Assembly: GCF_006345805.1 (NCBI RefSeq)
Contig: NC_043001.1
Span: forward strand, 81,158,001 to 81,222,000
From: Octopus sinensis
Taxonomy: Eukaryota
Direction of reading: 5' to 3'
Length of the DNA: 64,000 nucleotides
The translations under genes and the position numbers were made by a program. The notes beneath the pieces are model-generated. The model searched no databases and was not told the origin of the DNA. It worked only from the letters and a program-made list of their open reading frames with translations. Shown here piece after piece: positions 50,490 through 62,250 of this stretch. Each line of letters opens with the position of its first letter. The stretch's first letter is position 1.

Positions 50490-50711
50490 ATTAATTGAGA
50501 GATAGTCCGCAAAACAATTGCTTTTGTGGGCATGTGTATGTGTGCTTATATATATTTGTGTGTGTGGGTGTACACAGACACACACATGCAGAATCCATAA
50601 TTAATCCCACTCCTACATATTCAGCTATATTTTTGTATGTGTATATATATGTGTGCAAATGGTTATATATGTACACACACATACACACACACACTTTTGT
50701 ATACACGATAC

Positions 50712-51280
50712 ACTCAACCTAAATTTCCTTTTGTTCATGGGCAAGTTCTATAAACAGGTCTTAGGACTGAGAATGAGAGTGGTCTCCAATTATGCAAACC
50801 TATTCATTGGCCATATTGAGACCCATTTCACCAGTCCCACACCTGAGACCATAGTCAAAACTTTGGTGACTGTATCAGTGCCACCTCACTCTCCCGTGAA
50901 CAACTAGACTTCTTCCTTTCTTTCACACAATCTTTTCCACCAGACCTTGAATTTTCTTCCTCTGTCTCCAAAACCTCCCAACTCTTGGCCAGTCACGTCA
51001 TCCACTAAGAATATTCACCCTCACCCCTACTCACACGCACACACACACACACACACACACATGCATTGTAACTCAGTTGTCCTCACTCACACTTTGTCTA
51101 CTGACCACATCACTTTCTTTCCATCCTCACCATCCCTCCACACTACCCTCCGGAGCACTATATTAGGTATTTTCTGCACACTTAAATCCAACCCTGTCAT
51201 TTCTCGCATCTTCCCCAACCCACTTTTCTCTTCCTTGAAATGCATCCATAACCTATGCAATTTACTGGTCCAAAGTTCTT
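50712..51280 (+). mobile_element. Penelope-like element (PLE) RT/linker remnant
   Basis: FMGKFYKQVLG..SNYANLFIGHIE, then FGDCISATSLSREQLDFFLSFTQSFPPDLEF (degenerate YIDDCI...FxNSFHPxLxF), then F.TLKSNPVISRIFPNPLFSSLKC..NL.NLLVQSS (PLE DP...IFP.PPL.SF.R..NL.D.LV.S linker). Interrupted by (CA)n and frameshifts. Confidence 0.75.
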
Positions 51281-51429
51281 ACTACATCCGTAGTTCAGAT
51301 GCTGTAGGAAGGGCATATTGCCATAGATAATCTATCGCTACTGATTCTATTTGACTCACACATGGAAAGTTATGTTAAATGATGATGATGATGATATATA
51401 TGTGTGAGTGTGTGTGTGTGTGTGTGTAT

Positions 51430-51609
51430 ATCATTATCATCACCATTTAGCATCCATTGTCCATGCTGCCATGGATTGGACAGTTTGAACAAGGCTGGCA
51501 AGCTGGAAGGCTGCACCAGACTCCAGTCTGACATGGCATGGTTTCTATGGCTAGATGCTCTTCCTAATGCCAACCAGTCTGCAATTGTAATGGGTGCTTT
51601 TACATGCCA

Positions 51610-51610
<1 letters not shown>
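51430..51610 (-). mobile_element. RTE 3'-end fragment
   Basis: TTTAGCATCCATTGTCCATGCTGCCATGG.TTGGACAGTTTG..GCTGCACCAGACTCCAGTCTG. Confidence 0.75.
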
Positions 51611-51657
<47 letters not shown>

Positions 51658-53344
51658 AAACAAACTTTAGAAGTGCCAAGTGTATTTGTACTTGACATAC
51701 AAAAACATAAATATTTGACACAATATAGCTGTGAAAAACAGCCAAGAAAGATTGGATATTTATCCTTAGAATACAAGGAAAAAAAAAGTTGCCTGCAGGC
51801 AGCTACAGAGAATAGAACCCTGTATCTCTGAGATACCAGTTGAGTGATCTGTACCATTAAGCTAAGCAGCCCTTGATGACAATTACAGTCAATGTTAATG
51901 CTATGTAATAACTTTTTTGGGGAATGTGGGAACATTTTGTCACCATCTGTTGGTTACTTTTTGTCTGTCTCCTAAGGGTAAATACCTAATCTTTCTTGGC
52001 TGTTTTCAAAGCCATACTGCTTTCAAAGTTTACCTTCTTGTCTGTAAAATATATGCATACATATACATTTGCATGTGCATGCATGTATATACACATAGGT
52101 GCATACACACATGCACACATGAGAAACTACTAGTTTGCTTTGTCATTGTGGGATTCTGTGTTCTTTGACACTGTGCAGTATCTTGGTTAGTTGCCTTCTT
52201 CTGTTGCCTAGGCCAAGCAATTCCTTGAGAATGAAATTGGTAGAGAGAGACTATATGGAAACTAGCCTTGTGTGTATGTACATACATGTATATGCACACA
52301 CACACACATATTGATGTTGTGGCATTTTCAAATGGATTGATTCAGAGAACTGGTTGGTTTGTTTGCCGAAATTCTTGGCACCCATTCAGCAAATGAGATT
52401 CTCTCCATCTTGTATATTATTATCAATCCATAAAAAGCAAACTACTGCATCTTTTTCTCTTATTTACCTTTTTTTTTTCTAACTGGGTGAAATGATTATT
52501 TTTTTTCCTTTCTTTTACATAGAAGAACATCATTAGTGATAGTTTCTGGTTAGTGTGTGAGCACTTTTCCACACATACATATACCTCAACTCCCTTCTGT
52601 GTTGTGTACCATAGTCTTTGTTACCTAGGAAGAAAAGCCATCTATAGCTGCCTACAAATAATCAAGTGTATAAATGTATAGTTGGTGTTTGAGACTCTCT
52701 TACTCTCTCTTTCTTACTGTCTCTCTCTCTCTCTCTCTCTTTATATATATATAATATATCTGCATGTGTGTATATGCATGTATATATGTATGAAGATATG
52801 TGTGTGTGTCTATACACACATAGTTTGTGTATGCATGTGCATTTAAGTATGTATGTTGTGTGGGTATGTGTGTATATGTATGTATACTTCTCTATGTGTA
52901 TCAATGTGTGTGTATATCAATATATACATACACACCCATACACACTTTATAAATAAATAAATATATATATATATTATACACACACACACATACATAAAAA
53001 CACACACACGCACACATATATGTAGATGTGTAGATTTGTGTGTGTGTGTGTGTGTGTGTGGACATGTAATATGTACAATGTCAGGTGGAATATTGTCAGT
53101 CTACTGCTCTAAGATTACCTGTAATAAATAAATGACCTATGATGTAAAGCACAACACAAAATATTTTGGGTGGAGATATATACTCAGTTTAACTGACCCC
53201 ATTTATGGACACTTATCTGAGGACAGAGAATTCATTCAAGCACCCAGGTAGCATTTATTAAATCGGCAGATATGAAACAGAAAATTAAAACTGGTTCAAC
53301 ATGTTTAACATTCTTTTATTTGCCAACCTTAATATTGGCTGTCA

Positions 53345-53505
53345 GAGCAAGCATGGCTGTGTTGGTTAAGAAGTTCACTTCCCAACCACATGGTTTCAGG
53401 TTCAGTCCCACTGCATGGCAACTTGGGCAAATGTCTTCCACTGTTGTCCCAGGACAGCCAAGACCTTGTGAGTGGGATTTGGTAAACTGACATTGAAAAA
53501 AGCCC

Positions 53506-53554
<49 letters not shown>

Positions 53555-53830
53555 CACAGAGGCAATGGCCAAGACCTTTGGCATTATGTTGTACTTCAGA
53601 AGACCCATCAAGCCTAGCAAAATTGCAGTTGTGGCAGATACCGGTGTCATGCAAATGGCACCTGTGCTGGTGGCACGGAAAAGCACGCATTAGATTCTGG
53701 AAGTGGTTGGCATTAGGAAGAGCATCAAACCATAGAAAACCATTTCAAATCAGACTGGAGACTGGCACAGCCAGCACAGTCAAACTGTCCAATCCATGCA
53801 AGGATGGACAATGGACATTAAATGATGATG
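53345..53830 (+). mobile_element. SINE-A head joined to an RTE-type 3'UTR tail
   Basis: Head at 53345-53510, (TG)n, then GGTGGCACGGAAAAGCAC..GGAAGTGGTTGGCATTAGGAAGAGCATC..CCATGCAAGGATGGA..ACATTAAATGATGATG. Confidence 0.72.
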
Positions 53831-53884
53831 AAATAGATGATGATATACATATAGGATACTCTAACAGTTCTGCCATCTCACTGC

Positions 53885-54110
53885 TTTTGGTTTCAAACTT
53901 TTGCACAAGACCTGCAATTTTAAGACGGGGTGAGCAGTGAGTCAGTTACTTCAATTCCAGTACTTGACTGGTACTTTATTTTATTGACTCCAAAAGGATG
54001 AAAGGCAAAGTTGACATAAATGGTGTTTGAACTCAAAATGAAAACAGCTTTAAAAGAATGCTACTAAGCAATTTGTCCGACACGCTAATGATTCTGCCAG
54101 CTTGCCACTT
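53885..54110 (-). mobile_element. SINE-B
   Basis: TTTGCACAAGACC..CTGGTACTTTATTTTATTGAC.CCAAAAGGATGAAAGGCAAAGTTGAC..TTTGAACTCAAAA..GCTAATGATTCTGCCAGCT. Confidence 0.8.
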
Positions 54111-54665
54111 TAATAATAGCGATAATAATGAATACAAATGATCTGTGGACAAATTTTAGTAGGCCAGAGTTGTGGTTGTGGTGGCAGGTGGGTGGGTGTG
54201 GGGAGGGCAATGTTTTTTTTTTATGATGCTGGCATGAGTGAAAAAAGAGAAGTCGGACTAAAAGAAAGAAATGATGAGGACAAAGGTTAAGTGAAAGGTT
54301 CTTGTGAAAATTAGGACCAAACAACTAAGTCATTCCTTCTTTCTTTCTTTCTTTTTATTTGTTCAGAATTCTTTCTTCATCTCTGTTCTTTGTTGCTGTT
54401 TCTCTTTTTTCTTCATATTTGCTTGTATTTTTTCCTTCTTTTTCAGTTTGCTTTCTCCCATGTTCCTTCTGCCCCACCCTTTTTTTTTTTTTTGACAGAA
54501 GGGGGAATTCCCCACCATCTTTAACATTTTTCTATCATGGCTTCTTCCACCGTAGTCTTTTTATGTTCTCTTCTTCCATGGTAAATATAACCATTTTTCG
54601 ATTTGTGGTTAGCAAAAGGCTTATTAACGAGTTGTGAGAAGAATGGTTGCACTAATGGCAAAACA

Positions 54666-54699
<34 letters not shown>

Positions 54700-55399
54700 C
54701 ATAACAGAACAACAACAACAACAAAATAATAATAATATAAAACTAGGAAGAGAGAAAAAGAGAGCAAGAGAGGTGAGAGGGCTATTTGGCAAATTGTGCT
54801 AAACTGCCCAGCCATTGCATCTCAGGAGTAAAAATAAAAAGGAAAAAAGAAAAGAGAAAACCCATTAAGATCAGAAAGCTGTGAATCTAAATGGAGAATT
54901 GCTGTTTTCCTTGCAGGCATCTAACTCCATTTGGGTAGTATGATGGTTATTTGAATATTCTGCTAGTGAAAGCTGATCACGTGGGGATAGAATTTTGTTT
55001 GTGTGTGTGTGTGTGCGCGCATGTGTGTGTGTGTGTGTGCACATGTGTGTGTGTGTGTGTGCACACGTGTGTGTGTGTGCACACGTGTGTGTGTGTGTGG
55101 CTATGGCTATGTGTGTCTGTTTTGAAATCTAAATACACAGGAAGTAAAATGAAAACTCTGGTGTACCTGTGATTGTGAGACTAAAATAGAGAAATGCCTG
55201 CTGTTTATTATCGGTTGCTGCTTATCAAAAGACAGTGAACTAGTGTCTGGTGGTGCTACTGTGGATTGCATGAGTAATAAATCATAAAGAACTCTTTCTG
55301 TCTTTAGGAAAGGAAAAAAAAAAAAGAAAATATCTATTACTTCTTTACTTTTTCTCTGTTGTCGGTCATTAAGTTATCTATAGTATTATTATTATTACT

Positions 55400-56030
55400 A
55401 AGGTGGTGAGCTGGAAGAATTATTAGCACGCTGGGCAAAATACTTAGCAGTATTTTCTCTGTCTTTACATTCTGAGTTCAAATTCCACCAAGGTCAACTT
55501 TACTTTCATCTTTTTGGGGTTAATAAATTAAGTACCAGTCAATCACTGGGTCCAATGTAAGCAACTAGCCCTCTAGTTGTAGGTCTTGTGCCTTCCGTAG
55601 AAAGGATTATTATTATTGTTATTATTATTATGCATATGTCCCCTCTTTTCCAGTGTAGACCATGTATACTTTATTTTTTCTTCACCTTTTTTTTATCGTT
55701 TCATTATTATATGTAAACCCGCACACGTTATGACTGTTTCTGTATTGTCCTCTTCATTCTTCACCCTCGTGGCAAATAAATGAAGTCATCATCATCATTA
55801 TTATTATTATTATTATCATCATTAAGGCAGCGAGCTGGCAGAAACGTTAGCATGCCAGGTGAAATGCTTATTCATCTGTCTTTACATTCTGAGTTCAAAT
55901 TCCACCAAGGTCGGTTTTGCCTTTCATCCTTTTGGAGTCGATAAATTTAGTACCAGTTGCATACTGGGGTTGACCTAATGGACTGGCCTCCTTCCCCCAA
56001 AATTTTGGGCCATGTGCCTCAAGTAGAAAA
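55400..56030 (+). mobile_element. Two SINE-B copies (55400-55610; 55824-56030)
   Basis: AAGG..GAGCTGGCAGAA..GTTAGCA..TTCTGAGTTCAAATTCCACCAAGGTC..TTTCATC.TTT.GG.GT..ATAAATT.AGTACCAG, both followed by (ATT)n. Confidence 0.82.
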
Positions 56031-56332
56031 GATTATTATTATTATTATTATTTCTATTCAATTGAGATAGAAAAACTGGTTGCTCAAGTTCATACTTGTG
56101 TCCCTTTTTTGGCCATTATATATGCTGATTCCTCTCTTCTTTCAAGGAATATTAGGGTCCTTAGAGGTTTGGGGGAGGCTTTCTGTTTAACATAGGTGAA
56201 AGATATAACAAATTTAACTAGTCTGTCTTTATAGGGATTTTATATGTATTTTCTGACATTCTAATGTTTTATTTTTTGATATTTTAGCAGAAAGATTCCT
56301 TACTCAATTTTGGCAACCAATTTAATATACCT

Positions 56333-56680
56333 TTTACCTCTGCCTTAGCAAAGGCAGAGGTATTGTTTTCAGTCGCGTTTGTTTGTTTGTTTGTGGATAT
56401 GATATCTCAAGAACTGCTAGATGGATTTGGATGAAACTTTCAAGGATGTTTGGCCTTGTGACTGGCATGAACTGATTCAATTTTGGGATCGATTGAGTAC
56501 CAAACAAGGCTTCTGGATTATTTTTCTGGTTGGATTCATTTTTAGTATTCTCATTTGTGAGAGCAATTGAGTTTATTTCAGATATTCTCATTTTAAAAAT
56601 CATCTCCGACTAATTGTTGAGAGGATGTTTGTGTTGCCTTGGTGGAGGTTTGCACTCTCTTAGTGCTCGATTTTCTTGTT
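56333..56680 (+). mobile_element. Helentron-associated non-autonomous element (HINE / DINE-1-like)
   Basis: 5' perfect inverted repeat ACCTCTGCCTT-agca-AAGGCAGAGGT (56336-56361), a (GTTT)n tract, core GATGGATTTGGATGAAACTT, 3' subTIR CCTTGGTGGAGGT (56637-56649) and terminal hairpin GCACT-ctctt-AGTGC (56652-56666). T-rich flanks. Confidence 0.75.
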
Positions 56681-56744
56681 GTTGTTTCTTTCCTTACCGT
56701 TCTCAGAAAAAGTGTGAATATCACAACTTCTCATTGCATTTCTA

Positions 56745-57270
56745 CTGGCCCTTTTTGTTGAAATACATTGCCTTTCTTTCAATTAATTTGGAAAGTAATG
56801 AGGAATTTGGTAAAATATCTTTTGTCATTATTAAGCTGGTGTTCAGGACATAAATTAGCATAAAGCTTTGATGGAAGAAGGTTTTAATTTAAATCATATT
56901 AAAGCAGGAAGCTTGTGTCTTCACAATATCTTGCTAGTAGTTGTGGTTTTAAGGACCTGTGACTTTTCATTGAACTTCATAGCAACAGTGTTTGAAGTAG
57001 TAATAGTTTTTAACTTAACCTTTTAGCTACCGTATTTCTGTTAAAATAATTCTGTCTTTGGTTTAATTAGTTTTGAAATTAATGAAGAATTTAGTGAAAT
57101 AACTTTGTCATTGTTAAGCTGGTGTTTGAAACATGAATTAACATGAAATTTTAATGGAATGGTTATAATTTAGGTCACTATAACCCTTTTGTTGCAATAT
57201 TTCTGTTAAAATACACTTTCTTCCTTTCAGTTGATTTTGAAAATAAGAATTTACTAGAATAGCATTATTT
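56745..57270 (+). mobile_element. Cluster of about three degenerate P1 MITE copies upstream of the plexin exon
   Basis: Repeated core GAAGAATTT.GT.AAATA.CTTTGTCATT.TTAAGCTGGTGTT near 56790 and 57080. TTAACCTTTTAG start at 57015 and TAACCCTTTTGTT at 57181. Confidence 0.55.
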
Positions 57271-57415
57271 ACCACTTAACTCCCTAAACTCCCCATTGTT
57301 ATTGGTAAACTAAGGGCAAATAATCCTGAAATGATTTATAAAAACCAAGTTTTGTATACTTAAACAAAAAAATTGTTGTTATTACTATTATAATTACCTT
57401 TTCTTTTCTCTTCAG

Positions 57416-57554
57416 ATGCTCTCTGCGAGCCGAGTGTAAAGAGGCTGACCAAGACCTTCGGTGGTTGCCATATACTGGACAAAACTGCTCGGCGATCACC
57501 AGTCACTCACCATCTCAAGTGCAGATCAGGAAACTTGCGCAAAAAACTGTCAAA
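57416..57554 (+). CDS. PlexA: Plexin (plexin-A-like) coding exon, C-terminal part of a PSI domain (probably the first, after Sema)
   Basis: Acceptor ttttcttttctcttcag at 57399-57415, donor AAA|gtatgt at 57555. 139 nt, phase 2 to 0. Reads CSLRAECKEADQDLRWLPYTGQNCSAITSHSPSQVQIRKLAQKTVK, the C-x5-C...W...C pattern of the plexin PSI end. It resembles, from memory, invertebrate PlexA (CS.R..C....DPLYW.SY..G.CTTITSV.P.QLQRT). Absent from the ORF track. Confidence 0.9.
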
Positions 57555-57592
57555 GTATGTACTGCAATTTTGTTGTTTGAGTCTCTAGCTTT

Positions 57593-57804
57593 TTAACAAG
57601 ACATTTCAGGCTAAAATATTCTGTCTTTTTTATGTACAGACTTGAAAGACCTCACCTCTCAAACTTACCCTACAATGTCATTCTAAAAATAATCACTCCC
57701 ATCCCTGAAATCCTAAAGGTACAAGATAATGCAGGATTAATTCAAAACAATGGGAATAAATAAACATTACATTTGACAGAGCAATCTGTATGCTAAAGGT
57801 TTAA
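57593..57804 (+). mobile_element. piggyBac-like MITE P2 just downstream of the plexin exon
   Basis: P2 core TACCCTACAATGTCATTCTAAAAAT. Ends TGCTAAAGGT|TTAA. Confidence 0.65.
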
Positions 57805-58224
57805 CCCCAAAGTCAACTCCAATCTAATAGATATAAGTCATGTACTTACATCTATTATTCAGTTAACTATACTCCCCTTCCTTATATATTTTGTGATACT
57901 GCCAATTTAATAAGTCATTTGTATATCTCTATATACATAGTCCTCTTATAGCCACTCTTTACTCTACAGAATTGTAAAGACATTGGTGTTTAAGTGCTAC
58001 TAAGTATTTTCTATACCAAGAATCTCTGGATCTCATCTGTTGATTCTATATACATAGTCTATATATAGATAGTGTATGTATTACCATCTTTTGCCTCCTC
58101 CTCCATGACCTGCACCTACATTCACTTCTGTCCTGATCTCTACCATCTATCACTCTCCTTTCACACTCACTTACCTACCCATTCATCCTTAGTTCTTTAC
58201 CTCTATTCTCTCTCTACCAGCGTC

Positions 58225-58560
58225 ACCTTACTGGCACTTGTGCCAGTGGAATGTGAACAAAACATTCAAGCGAGGTCGTTGCCGGTGCCACTGGACTGAC
58301 TCCTGTGCAGGTGGCACATAAAAAACACCATTTGAGTGTGGCTGTTGCCAGTACCACCAAACTAGTCCTCGTGCCGGTGGCACGTAAAAGCACCCACTAC
58401 ACTCTCAGAGTGGTTGGCATTAGGAAGGGCATCCAGCTGTAGAAACTGTCAGATCAGATTGGAGTCTGGTGCAGCCATCTGGTTTGCCAATCCTCAGTCA
58501 AATCGTCCAACCCATGCTAGCATGGAAAGCAGACATTAAATGAGGATGATGATGATGATG
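58225..58560 (+). mobile_element. RTE 3'UTR fragment with three tandem GTGCC-GGT-GGCAC units
   Basis: Matches the LINE 3'UTR at 22490-22750. Ends CCCATGCTAGCATGGAAAGCAGACATTAAATGAGGATGATGATG. Confidence 0.82.
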
Positions 58561-61104
58561 TACCTTGAGGGTAAGTCCTGATACCTGACCTCTACTTTGC
58601 CCTTTTTCTGCTGGAGAAGCTATGTATCTTCTCTACAGCAAGACATCTGTTCCTGTCCTCCTTTCATATTTTAACCTCTCAGGACCCAGCTCAGAGCCAC
58701 CTCCTTGATACCGCATCACTACTCTGTCACAGGGACATGTTTTGCAAATTACTTGATGACTTCACTATTGCAGGTGCCACCAAAATGACACCCAGTCCAC
58801 CCTGTAAACTACTTGGCATTAGGAAGGGTCTCCAGCTGTAGAACCCTACTGAAGCTGACATTGGAGAGCAATGCAGCCCTCTGGCTTTTGGATCTTGTGA
58901 AACTGTCCAACTCATACCAGCATGGAATACATTTCAACAATGATGTTAATGCCACCAGGGTCAACTTTGCCTTTCACTCTTTCAGGATCAATAAGAAGTA
59001 CTGGGTTTGATCTAATTGACACAGTCCCTTTCCCTGAAATTGCTTGCCTTGTGCCAAAATTTGAAATCAAAATGATGATAACATGTCAAGAAGATTAAAC
59101 ATCTTTTCATGGTGTACTCATGTCATTGATACCAGCAGGAAACCATTGCTTACAAACCAGCAAATGTGAAGGATACACACACAAAAATATCACCATCATT
59201 GTTTAATATTCAATTTTCCATGCATGTTGGAGTGAATTTGCCAAGGCAGATTTTTTATGGCTGGATGCCCTTCCTGCCACCAACCCTTACCTGTTTTTGT
59301 TTTTTTTTTCAAGAAAGTTAATATCCCAGTGGCCAAATATGTCAGAAGATTAGAAACAAAGGATGCCACTTGCTTACAACTATAATGCAATACCAAAATA
59401 AAGAGACATTAACGCACATATGTACATATATGACAGTTTTCTTTCAGTTTTTGTGTCCCAAATCCACTTACAAGGCTTTGGTTAGCCTGGGGCTATAATA
59501 ATTCACCTCTTCTAAAAACTAGAGTACACATGATGATTTAAAAAGTAATTAGACTGTGGTTACATTTTAACAAAAGCGCATACTCCTGACAATTTAGGTG
59601 TTGGCCTAGTGGAGTAGTAGTGTTACTATTACCACTACAACTACTATTGTTGTTGCTAACGCTACTGATGATGATGATGATGATGATTCTAGGTATAAAT
59701 AAATATTTATCTTCAAATCACCTTGAACAAATGACCAATTTAATCTCAGAGATGCCAGTTGTATTGCACTTATTGGGGAGTTTCTGTTTCTTTGTTGCTG
59801 TTGGCAGTGGTGGTATTGGTGGTGGTTGTTCCCAGCCCCATCACTGCTCCAATCTCTTTATGCTCACACATACATAATTACATACAATCATACATACAAA
59901 GAAATACACACATACATTTGCATGCTTATACAAAATTGTTTAAGCAGAAAATTAATCCAAATTCTAAGAAAAAAGCAAATTTTTTCAAAATATTTTTTCT
60001 CTTGTTTAGCTTTGGTTATTATTTTTGTTATTTTTAATAGTAGTGGTAGTAATAGTATTATTATTATCATTATTATTATATTAGAAAAATATTAGTAGTC
60101 GTAGTATTACTATTCTTAATATTTTATTTTATTAGTTATTGTTATCACTATTTTCTTGTTCATTAGTATATTTGTATATATTTTCTTTTTCTATTTTTCT
60201 TTTATTTCTTTAATCACAGTTGATAGACCCTACAACACAATTTTTATGTTATTATAGTAGTAGTAATAGTAGTGGTGGTGGTAGTAGTAGTTGTAGTAGT
60301 CGTCATCATAGTAGAAGTAAAAGACAAGGAAAGTAAAGAACGCTTTCTACTGCCAAACAATTGGTTCCTTTTTTAATACTATAATAATGGTATAACAAAG
60401 GATAGAAAAACGATGTAGGTAGTCGTAGTGGTAGTGGCAGTGGTGGTGGTGGTAGTGGTAACGGCAGCAACAGTGGCATTGGTATCAAAGATGTTATGGT
60501 AACATAGTGATGGGGGTTGTGGTGGTGTGGAGTGTAAAAGTAAATACACCAAACAGCAACGTAAAAAAATATCAGTAAAATTAGTTCATGAATAATAATA
60601 ATAATAATAATAATGATAATAATAAGGATAATAATAATAATAATGATAATAATAATAAAGAGGAAAAGTAAAGAAATATTTATACTTTTTGAAGAATAAC
60701 CAATAATGGCTTGCAACAAATAAAAAAAAAAACTTTAAAAATAGGGAAATTGGAAGAAATGATACAATGCCAGTTAGGCTAAAAAATGCTTTACTGTATT
60801 TTGTAGGTTTGTCTTTTGTTCTAAGTTTTAATAGGGTTGGCTCTATCTTCCAGTCTTTTGTTGGTGTTTGCTAAGAATTAGGGGCCTCTTATGCCCAGAC
60901 TCATTGATTGATAGAGACTGTACCAACTCCCCAACTACTTTGCAGGAGGGAGACTGGAACTTTAGGCTGTTTTTTTTTTGTAAGGTATTTTGTAGAGGAG
61001 GGGAGATGCCAATGAAACCCTTTGCTGACCCTCTCAGACTGAACATGCTAATGTGGTGGATATAAGAAAGCATTTATAGAGTAGCAAATGACATCATAGT
61101 CATC

Positions 61105-61290
61105 ATTTAACATTCTTTTACCATACTGGCACTGGTTGGATGATTTGGCAGGATCTGGTAACCTGCAGGGATATGCAAAGCACCAGTATCTGATTTGGTA
61201 TGGTTTCTACAGCTGGACGCCCTTCCTAGTGCCAGCTACTTCATAGTATGTACTAGGTGCATTTTTCAAGGCACCAGCACTAGTGAGGTT
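61105..61290 (-). mobile_element. RTE 3'-end fragment, degenerate
   Basis: CATCATTTAACATTC..TTTCTACAGCTGGACGCCCTTCCTA.TGCCA..GGTGC.TTTT. Confidence 0.68.
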
Positions 61291-61479
61291 GCCAAGTTGC
61301 TTGCAAGTCAGAAAAAGAGGACAGGGGAAAAAAAGGAGAAAATTCCTACTACTATGTGGGTGGGTGGAAATTAAACTAAAAATAAATTTTTTTAAATGTT
61401 GATGATGATGACAATGATGATCATGATCATGATGACAAATGATTATTGTGATGATAGCTTCATTTTGCAAGTGTGCCAA

Positions 61480-61750
61480 TCATCACATGATCATATGACC
61501 GGCCAGGCTATCAGATGTTGTTGCACATCGCTGGTCACAATGCACTTCACATTGTTTTAGCCTTCAAATGATCCCACCCCGCTGGCTATGCGAGTGGGCC
61601 AACAATCTCTGCTGATCAAAGGGTTACTGGAGTAATGTGAAATGAAGTGTATTGTTTAAGAACAAAACATACCAACTAGTCAGGGAACCAAACCCTTAAT
61701 CTCGTGATTGTGAGTGCAACAGCCTAACTGCTAGACCATGTGCCTTCATG
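61480..61750 (-). mobile_element. SINE family C-related copy
   Basis: GTAATGTGAAATGAAGTGT.TTG.T.AAGAACA..GGGAACCAAACC..CTAACTGCTAGACCATG. Confidence 0.6.
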
Positions 61751-62116
61751 AACCAGTCATAACTTCTGGAATAGCTTTGATGGTACCTTAGTGTCTCACT
61801 AGTACCTCTAGGAAAAAACTGATCTTTGAGCTTCAACCTTATGAAATCTGTGAATGCTTTATTACATCAATTGACACCTGCTTAATTGATGTAATAAATT
61901 CTCCACCTCTGCTCTAGCACCTATATACATTTTGGTCACCAAAGGTCAGCAAAGGTTGAAAATGTTTAAACTAGGGGTCAAAACTGGCCTAGTTCATAGT
62001 AATGAAAGCAGCTCTAATATCTCAGCTCATAATTACAGATTACAGAATATTATTGTACTGCTAGCTAATACTAGCAAACCGTGTTGCTAATATTAGTTAA
62101 ATTGTACCATTCTGAG

Positions 62117-62250
62117 TTAACCCTTTTGCATTTAAGCTGGCCATATCCAACCAAAAGATTCTACTTGGATTATGTTCAGAATGGCCAGATCCAACCTTTT
62201 ACACTTACCCTACAATGTCATTGTAAAAACAAACAATCACATCATTAAAT
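62117..62250 (+). mobile_element. piggyBac-like MITE P2, 3'-truncated
   Basis: TTAA|CCCTTTTGCATTTAAGCTGGCCATATCC start and the P2 core. Confidence 0.6.

Larger units (their letters stand above)
1..57415 (+). other. Probable single large plexin intron (more than 57 kb, phase 2), open at the window start
   Basis: The 57416 exon needs an upstream exon ending in phase 2 and encoding the DPYCGWC-type PSI start. None found by manual reading. Region is repeat-saturated. Confidence 0.6.

Noticed and set aside
54885-54935. 10-bp stem CTAAATGGAG/CTCCATTTGG
   Set aside because: Short stem with an irregular interior, within chance expectation for 64 kb.
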